A stretch of 64,000 nucleotides of DNA from Nitrospirota bacterium (GCA_963818475.1 CAWFSF010000006.1:1632001-1696000); one strand, 5' to 3'; shown: positions 42,228 to 56,642, counted from the stretch's first letter. The notes: generated by a model not told the origin, from the sequence alone. Numbers and translations: made by a program.

Positions 42228-43195
42228 CCGGCATCCACCTTTCCGATGATCTCCCGGAGGTCTCCGATCTTCTGCTCCCGCATGAAGCCCTCGATGCCGT
42301 TCAGCACGTCAAGCGTGGCGCGCGGGTTGACGAAATTCGCCGTCCCCACCGCCACAGCCGATGCTCCGGCCAACATGAACTCGATGGCGTCCTCGCCTGT
42401 GACGATCCCGCCCATGCCGATGATCGGCAGGGACACGGACCGCGCCACCTGCCATACCATGCGCACGGCAATTGGCCTGATCGCGGGACCGGAAAGGCCG
42501 CCCGTGCAGTTGGCGAGCCGCGGTTTTTTACAGCGAACATCGATGGCCATGCCGAGCAGGGTATTGATCAGGGACAGCCCGTCGCAGCCTGCATCGGCCG
42601 CCGCCCTGGCGAAGGCGGTCACGTCGGTCACGTTCGGCGACAATTTGGCGATGAGCGGCAATCGCGTTGCCTTGCGAACGGCCGAGAGCAGGTCAAAGGT
42701 GGCCCGGAGGTCGGTGCCGAAGGCCATCCCGCCTGCTTTTACGTTCGGGCAGGAGATATTCACCTCGATGCCGGAGATCCCGCTGGCGCCATCGAGACGC
42801 TCGGCCACGCCGACGTACTCCTCGAGGCTGTAGCCGAACATGTTCACGATCACCGCCGTATCGTACTTTCTCAGATAGGGCATTTTCTCGTTGAGGAATA
42901 CATCGACCCCCGGGTTCTCGAGCCCGATGGCGTTCAGCATTCCCGACGGCGTTTCCCAGATGCGCGGCGGCGGGTTTCCTTTGATCGGTTTCAGGGAAAT
43001 ACCCTTGACGATCACGCCGCCCAGCTGGTTCAGATTTACGAACTCGGCAAACTCCTCGCCGTAGCCGAAGGTCCCGGATGCGGTAAGCACGGGATTTTTC
43101 AGCTTGATCCCGGCGAAGGTGACGGAGAGGTCAGGGCTTCCGATTACGGATTTCTGATTGCGGATTGCGGATTTTTTGTCCAGCGTCGTGCTCAC
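42224..43195 (-). CDS. pyrD: Dihydroorotate dehydrogenase B, catalytic subunit
   Basis: ASGTFGYG, GNPPPR, NISCPNV, KLSPNVTD, GGLSGPAIRP. Confidence 0.96.
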   Translation of the reverse strand: MSTTLDKKSAIRNQKSVIGSPDLSVTFAGIKLKNPVLTASGTFGYGEEFAEFVNLNQLGGVIVKGISLKPIKGNPPPRIWETPSGMLNAIGLENPGVDVFLNEKMPYLRKYDTAVIVNMFGYSLEEYVGVAERLDGASGISGIEVNISCPNVKAGGMAFGTDLRATFDLLSAVRKATRLPLIAKLSPNVTDVTAFARAAADAGCDGLSLINTLLGMAIDVRCKKPRLANCTGGLSGPAIRPIAVRMVWQVARSVSLPIIGMGGIVTGEDAIEFMLAGASAVAVGTANFVNPRATLDVLNGIEGFMREQKIGDLREIIGKVDAG

Positions 43196-43207
43196 CTTTC
43201 CACCTTC

Positions 43208-44026
43208 CTACGTTCTCAACTTCAGAAGCACCTGTTCGCTCCAGTCGATCTCCCGCGAATCGAAAACGGGTCCCTCTTTGCATGCCCGCTTGTACCCGCC
43301 TGCCTTCATCGGGATCGAGCATCCCATGCACGCGCCAAGCCCGCAGGCCATGCGTTCTTCCATGGAGACGTGGCAAGGGATCGTATGTTCGGCAGCTATC
43401 CTGCTCACGGCGGCGAGCATGGCATGGGGTCCGCAGGCATAGAGGACAAGATGCGCTTTCTGCTCCATTTTCTTCAGGAAGGCGTTCAGAATATCGGTGG
43501 ACGTGCCCTGCACGCCGGCGCTGCCGTCATCGGTCGCAATATGGACGCGATCCGTGGCTTCTTTGAACGAGCGCACGATGTTCGCAGGAGGAAGGCATTC
43601 TTTGTTTCGTGCTCCAAGAAAAAGGTGGGCGAGCGAACCGGCACGCTGAGCCAGAAAATGCAGCGGCGGGAAACCGCTGCCGCCGGCAACCAGTACGGGT
43701 ATTGTTTTTTTATCCGGCAGGGGGAAGCCTTTTCCGAGCGGGCCGAGCAGACTCAAGGTTTGACCGGTTTTCGCGCCCGTCAGCATCGTGGTGCCTTTGC
43801 CTACAACGCGGTACACGATCTCGATCGATGACCGGAACATGACGGAGGATATGCCGAAAGGACGGGCGAGAAGCGGGTCCAGGGTATCGGATACCCGGAG
43901 CATCACAAACTGGCCGGGGAGGGCCGTTCGCGCCGCTTCAGGAGCTTTGAGAACGAGGCGGTAGTACTCTCGGCCAACAGGCTTGTTCGAGACAATGAGC
44001 GCCTTGTGAAGCCTATTCGATGGCAA
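43208..44026 (-). CDS. pyrK: Dihydroorotate dehydrogenase electron transfer subunit
   Basis: PGQFVML, RPFGI, GPLGKGF, CGP, MACGLGACMGC, CKEGPVF. Confidence 0.93.
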   Translation of the reverse strand: MPSNRLHKALIVSNKPVGREYYRLVLKAPEAARTALPGQFVMLRVSDTLDPLLARPFGISSVMFRSSIEIVYRVVGKGTTMLTGAKTGQTLSLLGPLGKGFPLPDKKTIPVLVAGGSGFPPLHFLAQRAGSLAHLFLGARNKECLPPANIVRSFKEATDRVHIATDDGSAGVQGTSTDILNAFLKKMEQKAHLVLYACGPHAMLAAVSRIAAEHTIPCHVSMEERMACGLGACMGCSIPMKAGGYKRACKEGPVFDSREIDWSEQVLLKLRT

Positions 44027-44491
44027 TCTCGATCTCCTGGATCTCATATTCCACGGTCTTCACCGGCGTCTTGATCGTCACGACATCGCCCACCTTATGG
44101 CTGATAAGCGCCTTGCCCACGGGAGACTGAATGGAGATCTTGCCCAGTTTCAGGTCAGCTTCTTCCTGGCCCACGAGCGTGTATTTCTTGATGCTGCCGG
44201 ACTCCGTATCAGCAAGCGTCACGGTAGCGCCGAAAACCACTTTTTCGTTCGTCAGCTTCGACACGTCGATGATCTGGGCGTGGGCGAGCTTCTGCTCCAG
44301 TTCGCGTTTTTTGGCGTCCAAATGCCCCTGGCGCTCCTTGGCTGCATGGTACTCGGCGTTTTCCGAAAGGTCTCCATGGGCCCGCGCTTCCTCGATGTCC
44401 TTGATGTTCTTGCCCCGCTCCACCTTGACAATGCGGTCCAGTTCCTGCTTGAGCTTATCGTAGCCCGTCTGGGTCATCGGGATTTTCTGTG

Positions 44492-44495
<4 letters not shown>
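44013..44495 (-). CDS. greA: Transcription elongation factor GreA
   Basis: [25 protein letters not shown]. Confidence 0.97.
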
Positions 44496-47786
<3,291 letters not shown>

Positions 47787-47810
47787 GTGCACTTACCCCT
47801 TCTCAATAAT

Positions 47811-47923
47811 TCAAAAATCCTAAATCCGAAATTCTAAACAATCTCGAAAACTTAAAACTGCAAATGTTTCAAACACTCGGATTTCGAGCTTGTTTAGGAT
47901 TTCGATATTCGAGTTTAGAATTT
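47811..47923. repeat. Heptamer periodic inverted-repeat element
   Basis: aaatcctaaatccgaaattctaaac ... gtttaggatttcgatattcgagtttagaattt. Confidence 0.7.
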
Positions 47924-47926
47924 GCC

Positions 47927-48826
47927 TCAATCCAGTTCCTGCACCCATCCGTTCTCCAAACCATACGATTTCCATGATCCGGCAGGCGTCTTCGTACTCA
48001 TCTGTCGTGGTCCTTCGAGAAAGTTCTTTGAACTCAGCTCGCCTTGTATGCCGGAAAGTACTGGGACATGAGGCTGATATACACATCCTTCGATATCTCT
48101 TCAGCCAGGAACTTCATGACGCCCTCGGTTCCCGAAAGCCCGCCGGGCAGCACCAGGTGGCGGATAATGAGCCCGCGCTTCGCTATGCCATGCTCATCGA
48201 GCTGCAAGGTTGCCGACCTGCTGGTACATTTCTCTTACCGCGGCCCGGTTGACCTCGACATAATGCGGCGCAATCGAATAGAGCATCGCAACGCGATCGT
48301 CTGAGTAACGCATGTCCGGGAGGTAGATATCGACGATGCCGTCCAGCAGTCGGAGCGCCTCCACTGAGTCGTAGCCGCTCGTGTTGTACACCAGCGGCAG
48401 CGTGAAGCCGCGTTCCCTGGCGATCGCCCATGCCTTGAGTATCTGGGGCATGAAATGCGTCGGCGTCACCAGGTTGAGATTATGGCAGCCCTGCTCCTGC
48501 AGCCAGAGCATCTGGCAGGCAAGCTCTGCCGGCGTCTTTTCAACACCGTTCCCCATCTGGCTGATGGGGTAATTCTGGCAGTAGACGCACTTCATGTTGC
48601 AGTTGGCCAGAAAGATCGTTCCCGATCCCCTGGTTCCCGACAGCGGCGGTTCTTCGCCATGATGAGCACTGGCGCTCGCAACGACCGGATTCAGACCGGA
48701 CCGGCAAAAGCCTAGTTTATCGTTCTTGAGCCGGTTCACCCCGCATTCGCGGGGACAGACACGGCAGGCTTCGAGGAGCCCGTAGGCAGCCTCGATGCGA
48801 TGTTCTAGTTCGATCTGAGAAACCAT
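47927..48826 (-). CDS. Radical SAM protein, PflX-like (frameshifted)
   Basis: CRVCPRECGVNR, HHGEEPP, GSGTIF, CNMKCVYCQN, NLVTPTH, YNTSGY. Confidence 0.85.
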
Positions 48827-48837
48827 GGAAACCTTTT

Positions 48838-48971
48838 CACCACGGAGACACGGAGACACGGAGAACGACAAAAACTCAATGCTTAACATATAAATCAGAA
48901 ACAAGGAATTTGTTCTTAGACTTAAGACCCCTCGCTTTTGATTTTCTCCGTGTCTCCGTGCCTCCGTGGTA
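48838..48971. repeat. Octamer (CACGGAGA) periodic inverted-repeat element
   Basis: caccacggagacacggagacacggaga ... tctccgtgtctccgtgcctccgtggt. Confidence 0.85.
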
Positions 48972-48977
48972 GAATTA

Positions 48978-50123
48978 CTAGCCTTTGTGCTTCTCCATCA
49001 TATCCACGAACCGCTGGAACAGATAGCGGCTGTCATGCGGTCCCGGCGATGACTCCGGATGGTACTGCACGGAAAAGGCCGGGAGCGTCTTGTGCTGAAT
49101 TCCTTCGCAGGTCTTGTCGTTCAGGTTTTGATGCGTCATGACAACGCTGTCCTTGACCGTTTCCAGGTCAACAGAAAAACCATGGTTTTCTGCAGCGATC
49201 TCGACCTTACGCGTCGAGAGGTCCATGATCGGCTGGTTTCCGCCGCGGTGGCCGAACTTGAGCTTGTAGGTCTTGCCGCCGAGGGCGAGGCCCAGCAGCT
49301 GCTGTCCCAGGCAGATGCCGAAGATCGGTTTTTTGCCGAGCAGCTTTTTGATGTTCTCGATGGCATAGGTGCACGGCTCGGGATCGCCGGGGCCGTTCGA
49401 CAGGAACACGCCGTCGGGGTTCATGGCCAGCACTTCTTCAGCCGGCATGGTTGCCGGAACCACGGTGACATCACAGCCCGCATCCGTGAGCAGACGGAGG
49501 ATGTTGCGTTTGATGCCGTAATCGTAAGCAACCACACGGTACCGTGACGATGTTTTTGCTCCGTACCCGGCGCCGAGGTCCCAGGTGCCTTCGCTCCATA
49601 CATAGGGTTTCTTGCAGGTAACATGCTGCGCCAGGTCGAGGCCGTTCATCTTGGGAAGAGCCTTTGCCTTGGCAACCAGGCTCAATGGATCCAGATCCGT
49701 GGTGGATATCACGCCCGGCTGAGCCCCCACATCGCGGATGTGGCGCGTAAGCGCCCGGGTGTCGATCCCCTGGATGCCGACGATCCGCTTGTCCGTGAGA
49801 TACGTATGAAGGGACCGCTTGGACCTCCAGTTGCTCGGGAAGTCCAGGTACTCCTTCACGATGAATCCTTCGACCCAGGGCCTGGAAGACTCGACATCCT
49901 CATCGTTCGTTCCGTAGTTCCCGATCTGCGGGTAGGTCATGGTGACGATCTGGCCCTTGTAGGACGGATCGGTCAGGATCTCCTGGTACCCGGTCATGCT
50001 GGTATTGAACACGACCTCACCGGTAGCCTCACCCTCCGCTCCGAATGATGACCCTTCGAAGACCCAGCCGTCCGCCAATGCAAGCATCGCTTTTTTCATA
50101 TCTTTCATTGCCTTCCATTCCAT
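48978..50123 (-). CDS. carA: Carbamoyl-phosphate synthase small subunit
   Basis: GEVVFNTSMTGYQE, SNGPGDP, GICLG, QYHPE. Confidence 0.97.
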   Translation of the reverse strand: MEWKAMKDMKKAMLALADGWVFEGSSFGAEGEATGEVVFNTSMTGYQEILTDPSYKGQIVTMTYPQIGNYGTNDEDVESSRPWVEGFIVKEYLDFPSNWRSKRSLHTYLTDKRIVGIQGIDTRALTRHIRDVGAQPGVISTTDLDPLSLVAKAKALPKMNGLDLAQHVTCKKPYVWSEGTWDLGAGYGAKTSSRYRVVAYDYGIKRNILRLLTDAGCDVTVVPATMPAEEVLAMNPDGVFLSNGPGDPEPCTYAIENIKKLLGKKPIFGICLGQQLLGLALGGKTYKLKFGHRGGNQPIMDLSTRKVEIAAENHGFSVDLETVKDSVVMTHQNLNDKTCEGIQHKTLPAFSVQYHPESSPGPHDSRYLFQRFVDMMEKHKG

Positions 50124-50125
50124 AG

Positions 50126-51028
50126 TCAGAATTTATCTCGTATCGTCCCGTTCACATCCACCACTTCCCCGCTCACGCGGTCCCCGTCCACGGTCACCAG
50201 GACATAGTGATGGAAACCGCCGTTCTCGTCCGGCGCGTACAGCGGCGCACCGCCGCCGCCGGCAATGACGTGGGGAATGCCGTCGACTGTCTTGCGGAGA
50301 TACAGGTGCTCATGTCCCAGGAACACCATGGTCACTTTGTGCTTTACAAACAGGGCCTGGAGCCGGTCCCGGTCTTCCTTGTACCGGTCGAGGCTATTGC
50401 CGTAGTGCTTCCCCCTACCCTGCTCGGGATAGAGGGGATGATGGAGAAAAATGAACTTATGCTTCTGCCTGGAGCTTGCAAGGACCTGCTCCAGCCATTT
50501 AAACTGTTCACCGGTGATCTTCTTGTCCTCTCCCTTGATAGAGGAGTCCAGCACGATAAAGAGCGAGTTCCCGGCAACAAAGGAGTAATAGAGTTCGTTC
50601 CCGGGAAGATCCACCTGGTCTTTGTAGGTCTGCTCGCTTCCCACCACCTCAATATGAGCATCGTGATTCCCGACGGTAAGAAAGTGGGGTATCGTCACGT
50701 TCTTCGACATCTCCCGGAACCGTTTCCAGTGCTCAACGCTGCCCGGCTTGCTGATCTGGTCGCCGGTGTTCACCATGAGATCGGGCTTCCGCTCCAGCGC
50801 TGCAGCGATGACCTTCCGGTAGACCGCGTCGCACACCGGGTCTCCCGCACGGTTATCGCCAAGGACCACGAAGGAAAACTTAGGTGGAAGCTTTTCGAGT
50901 GCGGCGAGCTTCTGATAGATCTGCTGGTCCTGGGCAGCAACAGCGACCATACCCAAACCGAAGACAATAAAAAAGACCGCGGTCAGTTTTGCAATCCGCA
51001 ATCCGAAATTCAAGATCCGAAGTTTCAC
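50126..51028 (-). CDS. Secreted calcineurin-like metallophosphoesterase
   Basis: GDNR, TGD, VGNHD, HHP and GHEH motifs. Confidence 0.9.
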   Translation of the reverse strand: MKLRILNFGLRIAKLTAVFFIVFGLGMVAVAAQDQQIYQKLAALEKLPPKFSFVVLGDNRAGDPVCDAVYRKVIAAALERKPDLMVNTGDQISKPGSVEHWKRFREMSKNVTIPHFLTVGNHDAHIEVVGSEQTYKDQVDLPGNELYYSFVAGNSLFIVLDSSIKGEDKKITGEQFKWLEQVLASSRQKHKFIFLHHPLYPEQGRGKHYGNSLDRYKEDRDRLQALFVKHKVTMVFLGHEHLYLRKTVDGIPHVIAGGGGAPLYAPDENGGFHHYVLVTVDGDRVSGEVVDVNGTIRDKF

Positions 51029-52290
51029 ACCCTTCCCCCAACGATCGTCCGAACAGCCCTGCCCTTCAGCTTCGTTCCGTTAAACGGCGTATTCTTTGAT
51101 TTTGATTTGAACAGAGATGCATCTACCGTCCACTCGAGGTCCGGATCGATGACCGTAATATCTGCGTCAGCACCTGCCTGGAGCGTTCCCTTTCCGATCT
51201 TGAGCACTGATGCGGGATTCAGGCTGAGCTTGCAGATAACTTCCTGCAGGGTGAGCACCTTTTCCTTCACCAGCTGGAACGAAAGCCCCAACGCTGTTTC
51301 AAGACCCACAATGCCGAAAGGCGCATAATCAAACTCGCCGGACTTTTCGTCCATGCCATGCGGGGCATGGTCGGTCGCGATCACGTCGATGGTCCCGTCC
51401 CTGAGGCCGTCCTTGATAGCCGCAACATCCTCGGCAGTCCTGAGCGGGGGGTTCATTTTTGCCATGGTATTGTAACCCCGCACCGCCTCATCGGTCAAAG
51501 CAAAATAGTGCGGACAGGTCTCTGCCGTGACCTTGACGCCGCGCGCCTTTGCCGCACGCAGCAGGTCCACCGAACCGGCGGTGCTGACGTGGGCGATATG
51601 CACCCTGCTACGCGTCAGCTCGGCAAGCGAGATGTCCCGCGCGGTCATCACATCTTCTGCTGAACGCGGTATCCCGCGGAGCCCCAGTTCGGTCGAGACG
51701 AAGCCCTCGTTCATGACCCCCTTGGCCGAGAGAGAACTGTCCTCGCAGTGCGAGATCACCAGGAGATCGAAGACCTGTGCATACTCCATGGCTCGCCGCA
51801 TGATGGCCGCATTCATCACCGGCCTGCCGTCGTCAGAGACCGCCACGCAGCCCGCAGCGCGCAACTCGCCCATTTCGGACAGTTCTTCGCCTTTCGACCC
51901 CTTGGTGATCGCGCCGATGGGGAACACGCGGGCAGAAGCTTCACGCGCCGCCTGCGACAGGATGAACTCGGTCACCGATCGGTTGTCGTTCACCGGGTTA
52001 GTGTTCGGCATGCAGCAGACCGACGTAAAGCCGCCTGCCTTTGCTGCAGCCGTTCCGGTCGCGATCGTTTCTTTATATTCGAGCCCTGGTTCGCGCAGAT
52101 GAACATGCATATCGATGAGTCCGGGAACGATCAGCTTTCCCGCAGCATCGACCACCTGCGCATCATTAGACGTTATCGAACCTGCTTTACCGAGTTTCGC
52201 GATCTTGCCGTCTGCAATCAGGATGTCGAGCTTTTCGTCAACCTTGTTCGCGGGATCGATGATGTGACCATTTTTGATTATAATATTCAT
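51025..52290 (-). CDS. pyrC: Dihydroorotase
   Basis: [28 protein letters not shown]. Confidence 0.96.
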   Translation of the reverse strand: MNIIIKNGHIIDPANKVDEKLDILIADGKIAKLGKAGSITSNDAQVVDAAGKLIVPGLIDMHVHLREPGLEYKETIATGTAAAKAGGFTSVCCMPNTNPVNDNRSVTEFILSQAAREASARVFPIGAITKGSKGEELSEMGELRAAGCVAVSDDGRPVMNAAIMRRAMEYAQVFDLLVISHCEDSSLSAKGVMNEGFVSTELGLRGIPRSAEDVMTARDISLAELTRSRVHIAHVSTAGSVDLLRAAKARGVKVTAETCPHYFALTDEAVRGYNTMAKMNPPLRTAEDVAAIKDGLRDGTIDVIATDHAPHGMDEKSGEFDYAPFGIVGLETALGLSFQLVKEKVLTLQEVICKLSLNPASVLKIGKGTLQAGADADITVIDPDLEWTVDASLFKSKSKNTPFNGTKLKGRAVRTIVGGRV

Positions 52291-52317
52291 GATTTGACCT
52301 TTTCACCAAAGAAAACG

Positions 52318-52445
52318 TAACCCGGACAAGCCGAAACCCACGGATTTATTTAGCCGCGAATGTACGCTAATGAACGCTAAAAAACAGTATTTATTCTTTT
52401 TATTTAATTCGCGTCAATTCGCGTTCATTCGCGGTTCATTGCTTG
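52318..52445. repeat. About 125-bp element with nonamer inverted repeats, copy 1
   Basis: ccgcgaatgtacgctaatgaacgctaa ... ttcgcgtcaattcgcgttcattcgcgg; homologous to 55411-55533. Confidence 0.8.
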
Positions 52446-52474
52446 GGCGTAACTGACTAAGGCATTTGATTTAT

Positions 52475-52510
52475 GCATTCCGCAATCCGAAATCCGCAAT
52501 CCGCAATCGA
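52475..52510. repeat. AATCCGC heptamer tract
   Basis: gcattccgcaatccgaaatccgcaatccgcaatcga. Confidence 0.8.
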
Positions 52511-52511
52511 A

Positions 52512-53441
52512 TCATGCTTCAGCCTTCGTCCCGCCCGACAACAGGAACATGACCGCCATCCGGACTGCCACGCCGTTCGTGACCTGATCGAGAATGACCG
52601 GCGTGCTGTCCGCCACATCCGATGCGATCTCCACGCCGCGGTTCATGGGGCCGGGATGCATGACCAGCACGTTCTTTGCCGCGCAAGCGAGCCGTGCCTG
52701 GTTCAATCCGTAGAACCGGGCATACTCGCGCACACCTGGAAAGAGGCCCGCGGTCTGACGCTCAACCTGAAGCCGCAGCATCATGATCACATCAGCGCCT
52801 TCAACAGCCCGGTCCATGTCGTAATGGACCTCGACGCCCATGTGCTCGATCCCGCGCGGGATCATCGTGGCCGGGCCGCAGACACGGACCTTCGCCCCCA
52901 TGGCCAGAAGCCCGTAGATGTTCGATCTGGCCACTCTGCTGTGTGCGATATCCCCGACGATCGCGACCGTGATCCCCTTGATGCTGCCGAGTTTTTCACG
53001 CATGGTGAACATATCGAGCAGCGCCTGCGTCGGATGTTCGTGGAACCCGTCGCCGGCGTTGATCACGGCACTCTTAAGTCGCGTGGACAGGAACTCGGGC
53101 GCACCCGAGCAGGGGTGGCGGATGATGATCATATTGCACTTCATGGCCTCGATGTTCCGGGCCGTATCGAGCAGGGTTTCACCTTTGACCACGCTGCTGG
53201 TCGAGGTCGAGATGTTGATCACATCAGCAGAAAGACGTTTGCCCGCAAGTTCAAAGGATGTCCGCGTCCGCGTGCTTGCTTCGTAGAACAGGTTGATTAC
53301 GGTCTTGCCGCGAAGCGTCGGCACCTTCTTGATGTCCCGCTCGGACACGTCCTTGAACGTGGCAGCCGTATCGAGAATAAGTTTGATCTCGTCGGCAGCC
53401 ATGCCTTTTATGCCCAGCAGGTCTTTTGAACTTAAACTCAT
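52512..53441 (-). CDS. pyrB: Aspartate carbamoyltransferase catalytic subunit
   Basis: [24 protein letters not shown]. Confidence 0.97.
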   Translation of the reverse strand: MSLSSKDLLGIKGMAADEIKLILDTAATFKDVSERDIKKVPTLRGKTVINLFYEASTRTRTSFELAGKRLSADVINISTSTSSVVKGETLLDTARNIEAMKCNMIIIRHPCSGAPEFLSTRLKSAVINAGDGFHEHPTQALLDMFTMREKLGSIKGITVAIVGDIAHSRVARSNIYGLLAMGAKVRVCGPATMIPRGIEHMGVEVHYDMDRAVEGADVIMMLRLQVERQTAGLFPGVREYARFYGLNQARLACAAKNVLVMHPGPMNRGVEIASDVADSTPVILDQVTNGVAVRMAVMFLLSGGTKAEA

Positions 53442-53483
53442 GGATCAACCCTTCTAAGCCATAAGATGTTCGTTTTTGAAAAA

Positions 53484-53513
53484 AATCCGCAATCCGAAAT
53501 CCGCAATCCGCAA
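53484..53513. repeat. AATCCGC heptamer tract
   Basis: aatccgcaatccgaaatccgcaatccgcaat between pyrR and pyrB. Confidence 0.8.
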
Positions 53514-53519
53514 TGGTTC

Positions 53520-54062
53520 TTACTCACCGAGGATCACTATCTTCTCATCCCCGCCGTCCTCGACCAGCATCACTTCCACCTTCTCTTTTGCCGAGGTCGG
53601 GAGGTTCTTCCCGACAAAATCAGCGCGGATCGGCAGTTCCCGGTGCCCGCGGTCCACGAGCACGGCAAGCTGGATGCGGTGCGGCCTTCCGTAGTCCATA
53701 ATGCTGTTCAGGGCAGCCCGGATGGTCCTGCCCGTAAAGATCACATCGTCGACGAGCACCATCATCTTGTCCTGTATATCGAAGGTGATGTCCGTGGCCT
53801 GCGGCACCGGCTGGGACTTGCGGGTTGCCAGGTCGTCGCGGTACATGGTAATGTCGAGGCTGCCGACAGGAGGCTCCAGGCCTTCGATCTGCTTGATCTT
53901 GGCTGCCAGCCGCTTTGCGATATGCACACCGCCGCGCTGAATGCCGACAAGGACGAGCTCCTTCGCTCCCTTGTTCTTTTCAAGGATTTCATGTGCTATC
54001 CTCGTAAGAGCCCGGTCAATACCTGCCTTGTCAAGAATAAGGGCCTTTTCTTTTTGATTCAT
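53520..54062 (-). CDS. pyrR: Bifunctional pyr operon regulator / uracil phosphoribosyltransferase
   Basis: [41 protein letters not shown]. Confidence 0.97.
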   Translation of the reverse strand: MNQKEKALILDKAGIDRALTRIAHEILEKNKGAKELVLVGIQRGGVHIAKRLAAKIKQIEGLEPPVGSLDITMYRDDLATRKSQPVPQATDITFDIQDKMMVLVDDVIFTGRTIRAALNSIMDYGRPHRIQLAVLVDRGHRELPIRADFVGKNLPTSAKEKVEVMLVEDGGDEKIVILGE

Positions 54063-54101
54063 CGCGTTGAACTCCCAGAAGCTAACATATTAAAAAGACA
54101 C

Positions 54102-54134
54102 AAAAAAACCTTCTCTCCAAAATGGAAAGAAGGT
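54102..54134 (-). terminator. Attenuator terminator of the pyr leader
   Basis: Minus strand ACCTTCTTTCCA-TTT-TGGAGAGAAGGT followed by a T run. Confidence 0.85.
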
Positions 54135-54180
54135 ATGCGTGTTTATACAGTACGATATTTTGACGCGGAAATTTTTCATT

Positions 54181-54220
54181 TCATGCCCTTCCTGGCCTCA
54201 CAGGACCAGACTTAAAGAGA
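54181..54220 (-). promoter_or_regulatory. PyrR-binding RNA loop (anti-antiterminator)
   Basis: CUUUAAGUCUGGUCCUGUGAGGCCAGGAAGGG fits the UUUAA and GUCCNGNGAGG PyrR consensus. Confidence 0.85.
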
Positions 54221-54237
54221 ATCAATACAACGGCGAT

Positions 54238-54266
54238 ACAATAACCTAACCGCAGATTTCTGTCAA
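54238..54266 (-). promoter_or_regulatory. sigma70 promoter of the pyr operon
   Basis: TTGACA-N17-TATTGT directly upstream of the PyrR leader. Confidence 0.7.
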
Positions 54267-54548
54267 GAATTTTATTCCCCACTTTTACGGTTTAGTCGCA
54301 GGTCGCATAAAACAATAGGCTGAAAGCGCTACATGCAAACAATAGTATCAGCAAAGTCAGGCAACTCCGCAAAAAGGATTTAACATGAACACATCTTGTT
54401 CCGTATTTGTTGACAAAGAGCACGCCCGTTGATAAATATAAATCAGGTTCATTAAGACACGCAAATGAACGCCTGTTCAGACGACAGGAGAGGGATGAGC
54501 GGGTTTCAAACCCATCCCCTTCGTGCCGGTCCAAAGAAAGGGGAAACT

Positions 54549-54740
54549 ATGTTGATCCGCGTAGTTTACAATGACAATAAATACGATTTTATAAATCCCG
54601 CACGCCTGAATGAGCAGCTTAAGGCTGGCGCCATATCGATGTTCCAGCGCAACAACGGTTGGGTGCGCGTAGGCATAGATCCGCTGAGAGGAAAAAATAA
54701 CGCGCCTCGCGACAAAGCGGACGAGCGCAGGCATTCATAG
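54549..54740 (+). CDS. Small GSU3473-like protein
   Basis: MLIRVVYND...FQRNNGWVRVGIDPLR...ERR; purine-rich RBS. Confidence 0.7.
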   Translation: MLIRVVYNDNKYDFINPARLNEQLKAGAISMFQRNNGWVRVGIDPLRGKNNAPRDKADERRHS

Positions 54741-54801
54741 GCAATAGTGCTGTCGCAGCACAGAAAGAATAACGACAGCCGTTCAGGGAAAGGCCAAGCG
54801 A

Positions 54802-55377
54802 TTATCCCCTTGTCTTTTTCAGCAGCCAGGCGATGTTCTTGCCAAGCGTTTTCATGGTCTGCACGCCTTCGGCATCATTATTCACTTCGCCGGGCTGCCT
54901 TCCCATGCCGATATTCCAATAGCTTGACCCCGGGATGATCATCTCGTTGATGGTAAAGAAATAGTTCAGCGAATTGAAAACATTGATCGCACCTGCTCGC
55001 CTGCAGGCGACCACAGCTGCGCCTATCTTGCGCTTGTACATATCCGCGTTCGCGCGGCCAACCATGCCGCTTCGTTCGATCAGAGCTTTCATCCCTGCTG
55101 AAACATCGGCAAAATACGTGGGCGATCCGAGTAGAATGCCGTCGGCTTCATCCATCTTCTGGATGCACTCGTTCATGATGTCCTTTTCCACGGCACAGCG
55201 TTTGTTTTTCTTTTCGAAGCACTTGTAGCAGGCAATGCATCCCTGAACCGGCTTTCCGGCCAGGGAATAAAGCTCGGTATCGATCCCCTCAGCTTTCAAT
55301 TCATCAAGGACGAGGTTCAAGAGTATCGCCGTGTTCCCGTCTTTTCGTGCGCTACCGTTAAAAGCAATGACCTTCAT
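54802..55377 (-). CDS. Iron-sulfur flavoprotein / NADPH-dependent FMN reductase family
   Basis: NGSARKDGNT, GCIACYKC...C, GSPTYF. Confidence 0.9.
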   Translation of the reverse strand: MKVIAFNGSARKDGNTAILLNLVLDELKAEGIDTELYSLAGKPVQGCIACYKCFEKKNKRCAVEKDIMNECIQKMDEADGILLGSPTYFADVSAGMKALIERSGMVGRANADMYKRKIGAAVVACRRAGAINVFNSLNYFFTINEMIIPGSSYWNIGMGRQPGEVNNDAEGVQTMKTLGKNIAWLLKKTRG

Positions 55378-55410
55378 TTCAAACCTCCTCGAAATACGTG
55401 CAAATATTTA

Positions 55411-55533
55411 TAAGCCGGACAAACTGAAGCTCACGAATATCTTAACCGCGAATTTACGCGAATGAACGCTAATCGAAAAGTCGTTCCATGACCCTAATTA
55501 TTCGCGTGAATTCGCGTTCATTCGCGGTTCATT
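55411..55533. repeat. About 125-bp element with nonamer inverted repeats, copy 2
   Basis: ccgcgaatttacgcgaatgaacgctaa ... ttcgcgtgaattcgcgttcattcgcgg. Confidence 0.8.
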
Positions 55534-55564
55534 GTGTCGTGAATTGCTCTTACAGCTTGAAACG

Positions 55565-56605
55565 CTATCGCGCAAACAGGAACTCTCCCACGTACAGCAG
55601 CAGCAGTATGAACCAGCCTGCGAGGATGATGAATTCCAGCGTCGCCCGGTAGGACACACTGAAATTCTCCGTGGCCATGGTGTACACATCCTCGAGGGTA
55701 TCGAGCTTCTCCTTGATCTCCGTTTTCCAGCTATCCAGATGGAATTTTTTTGAGATCAGGGAATAGAGCTTTGCGGAATACCAGTCCCCGATCAGCTTGA
55801 TGTTCCGTTCCACTGCTTCTGATTCAAGAATGGACTGGGTCCGTATCTCGATGATCTCTTTCACGATCTTCCGTACATCCCGCGACCTGAGGACCGGAAG
55901 CCCTTTTGAGGCGCCCATGAGGCGCAGGGTTTTTTCAAGCCGCACATCAAGATCGTAGTCGAGAATGCGCGATTTCAGGAGTTGGAGGTTCGCGATCTCG
56001 AAGAGTTCGATATTGCTCGCAAAATCACCGGATGAATCGAAGATGAACGCGCCGTCCCAGTCGACGATGGTAATGTCGTTCTTGCCGTACTTCAGGTACG
56101 ATGACAGCGTGGCTTTAACCTCTTCTTCGTCGAGCTCGATCCGTTCGTTTTTGAGGAACGCTGCGATCCTGTCTCCGAAGCGGGACAGATACACTTCCGG
56201 GTCTCCGCTGTATCCGGAGATGCAATAGACGCTGTATTCTTCATCGAACAGCGGATCGCATCCGAACTCACCCAGGATCTTCCTGCACTCATTGATGAGC
56301 CCGCGTTTGAATTCCAGCGTGGTGCCGGACAACAGATCGTCCATGTCCAGCGAAGCCTCAACAACGACCACATCCGGCAAATAAGACTTGACGATAAAGC
56401 GGACCTCGATACCGTCGCATTCCCGCTTTTCGATCCTAATGATCTTCTGTTTCGGGATCACGTCCGGGTAGCTCGGCGCGCTTTTTCCGGTCTTGGTTGC
56501 GACAACCTCCGTGGCCTCAAGGTTCATATCCGTTTCGCCAAAGAGGAAAACAACCAGCCGCCCGGGTACTGATGTTTTTTCTGCATCCATGATCGTAGAC
56601 CTCAT
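55565..56605 (-). CDS. Hypothetical protein with C-terminal TM (RMD1/DUF155-like)
   Basis: DWDGAFIFD, EIANLQLL, GDWYSAKLY and a terminal hydrophobic helix. Confidence 0.65.
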   Translation of the reverse strand: MRSTIMDAEKTSVPGRLVVFLFGETDMNLEATEVVATKTGKSAPSYPDVIPKQKIIRIEKRECDGIEVRFIVKSYLPDVVVVEASLDMDDLLSGTTLEFKRGLINECRKILGEFGCDPLFDEEYSVYCISGYSGDPEVYLSRFGDRIAAFLKNERIELDEEEVKATLSSYLKYGKNDITIVDWDGAFIFDSSGDFASNIELFEIANLQLLKSRILDYDLDVRLEKTLRLMGASKGLPVLRSRDVRKIVKEIIEIRTQSILESEAVERNIKLIGDWYSAKLYSLISKKFHLDSWKTEIKEKLDTLEDVYTMATENFSVSYRATLEFIILAGWFILLLLYVGEFLFAR

Positions 56606-56642
56606 CGTGTTTGGAACAAAGCAGCCATTGAGCGCCTGCGCG

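Noticed and set aside
54485-54522. Hairpin upstream of the GSU3473-like gene as a riboswitch
   Set aside because: It is a single stem with no recognisable aptamer consensus.
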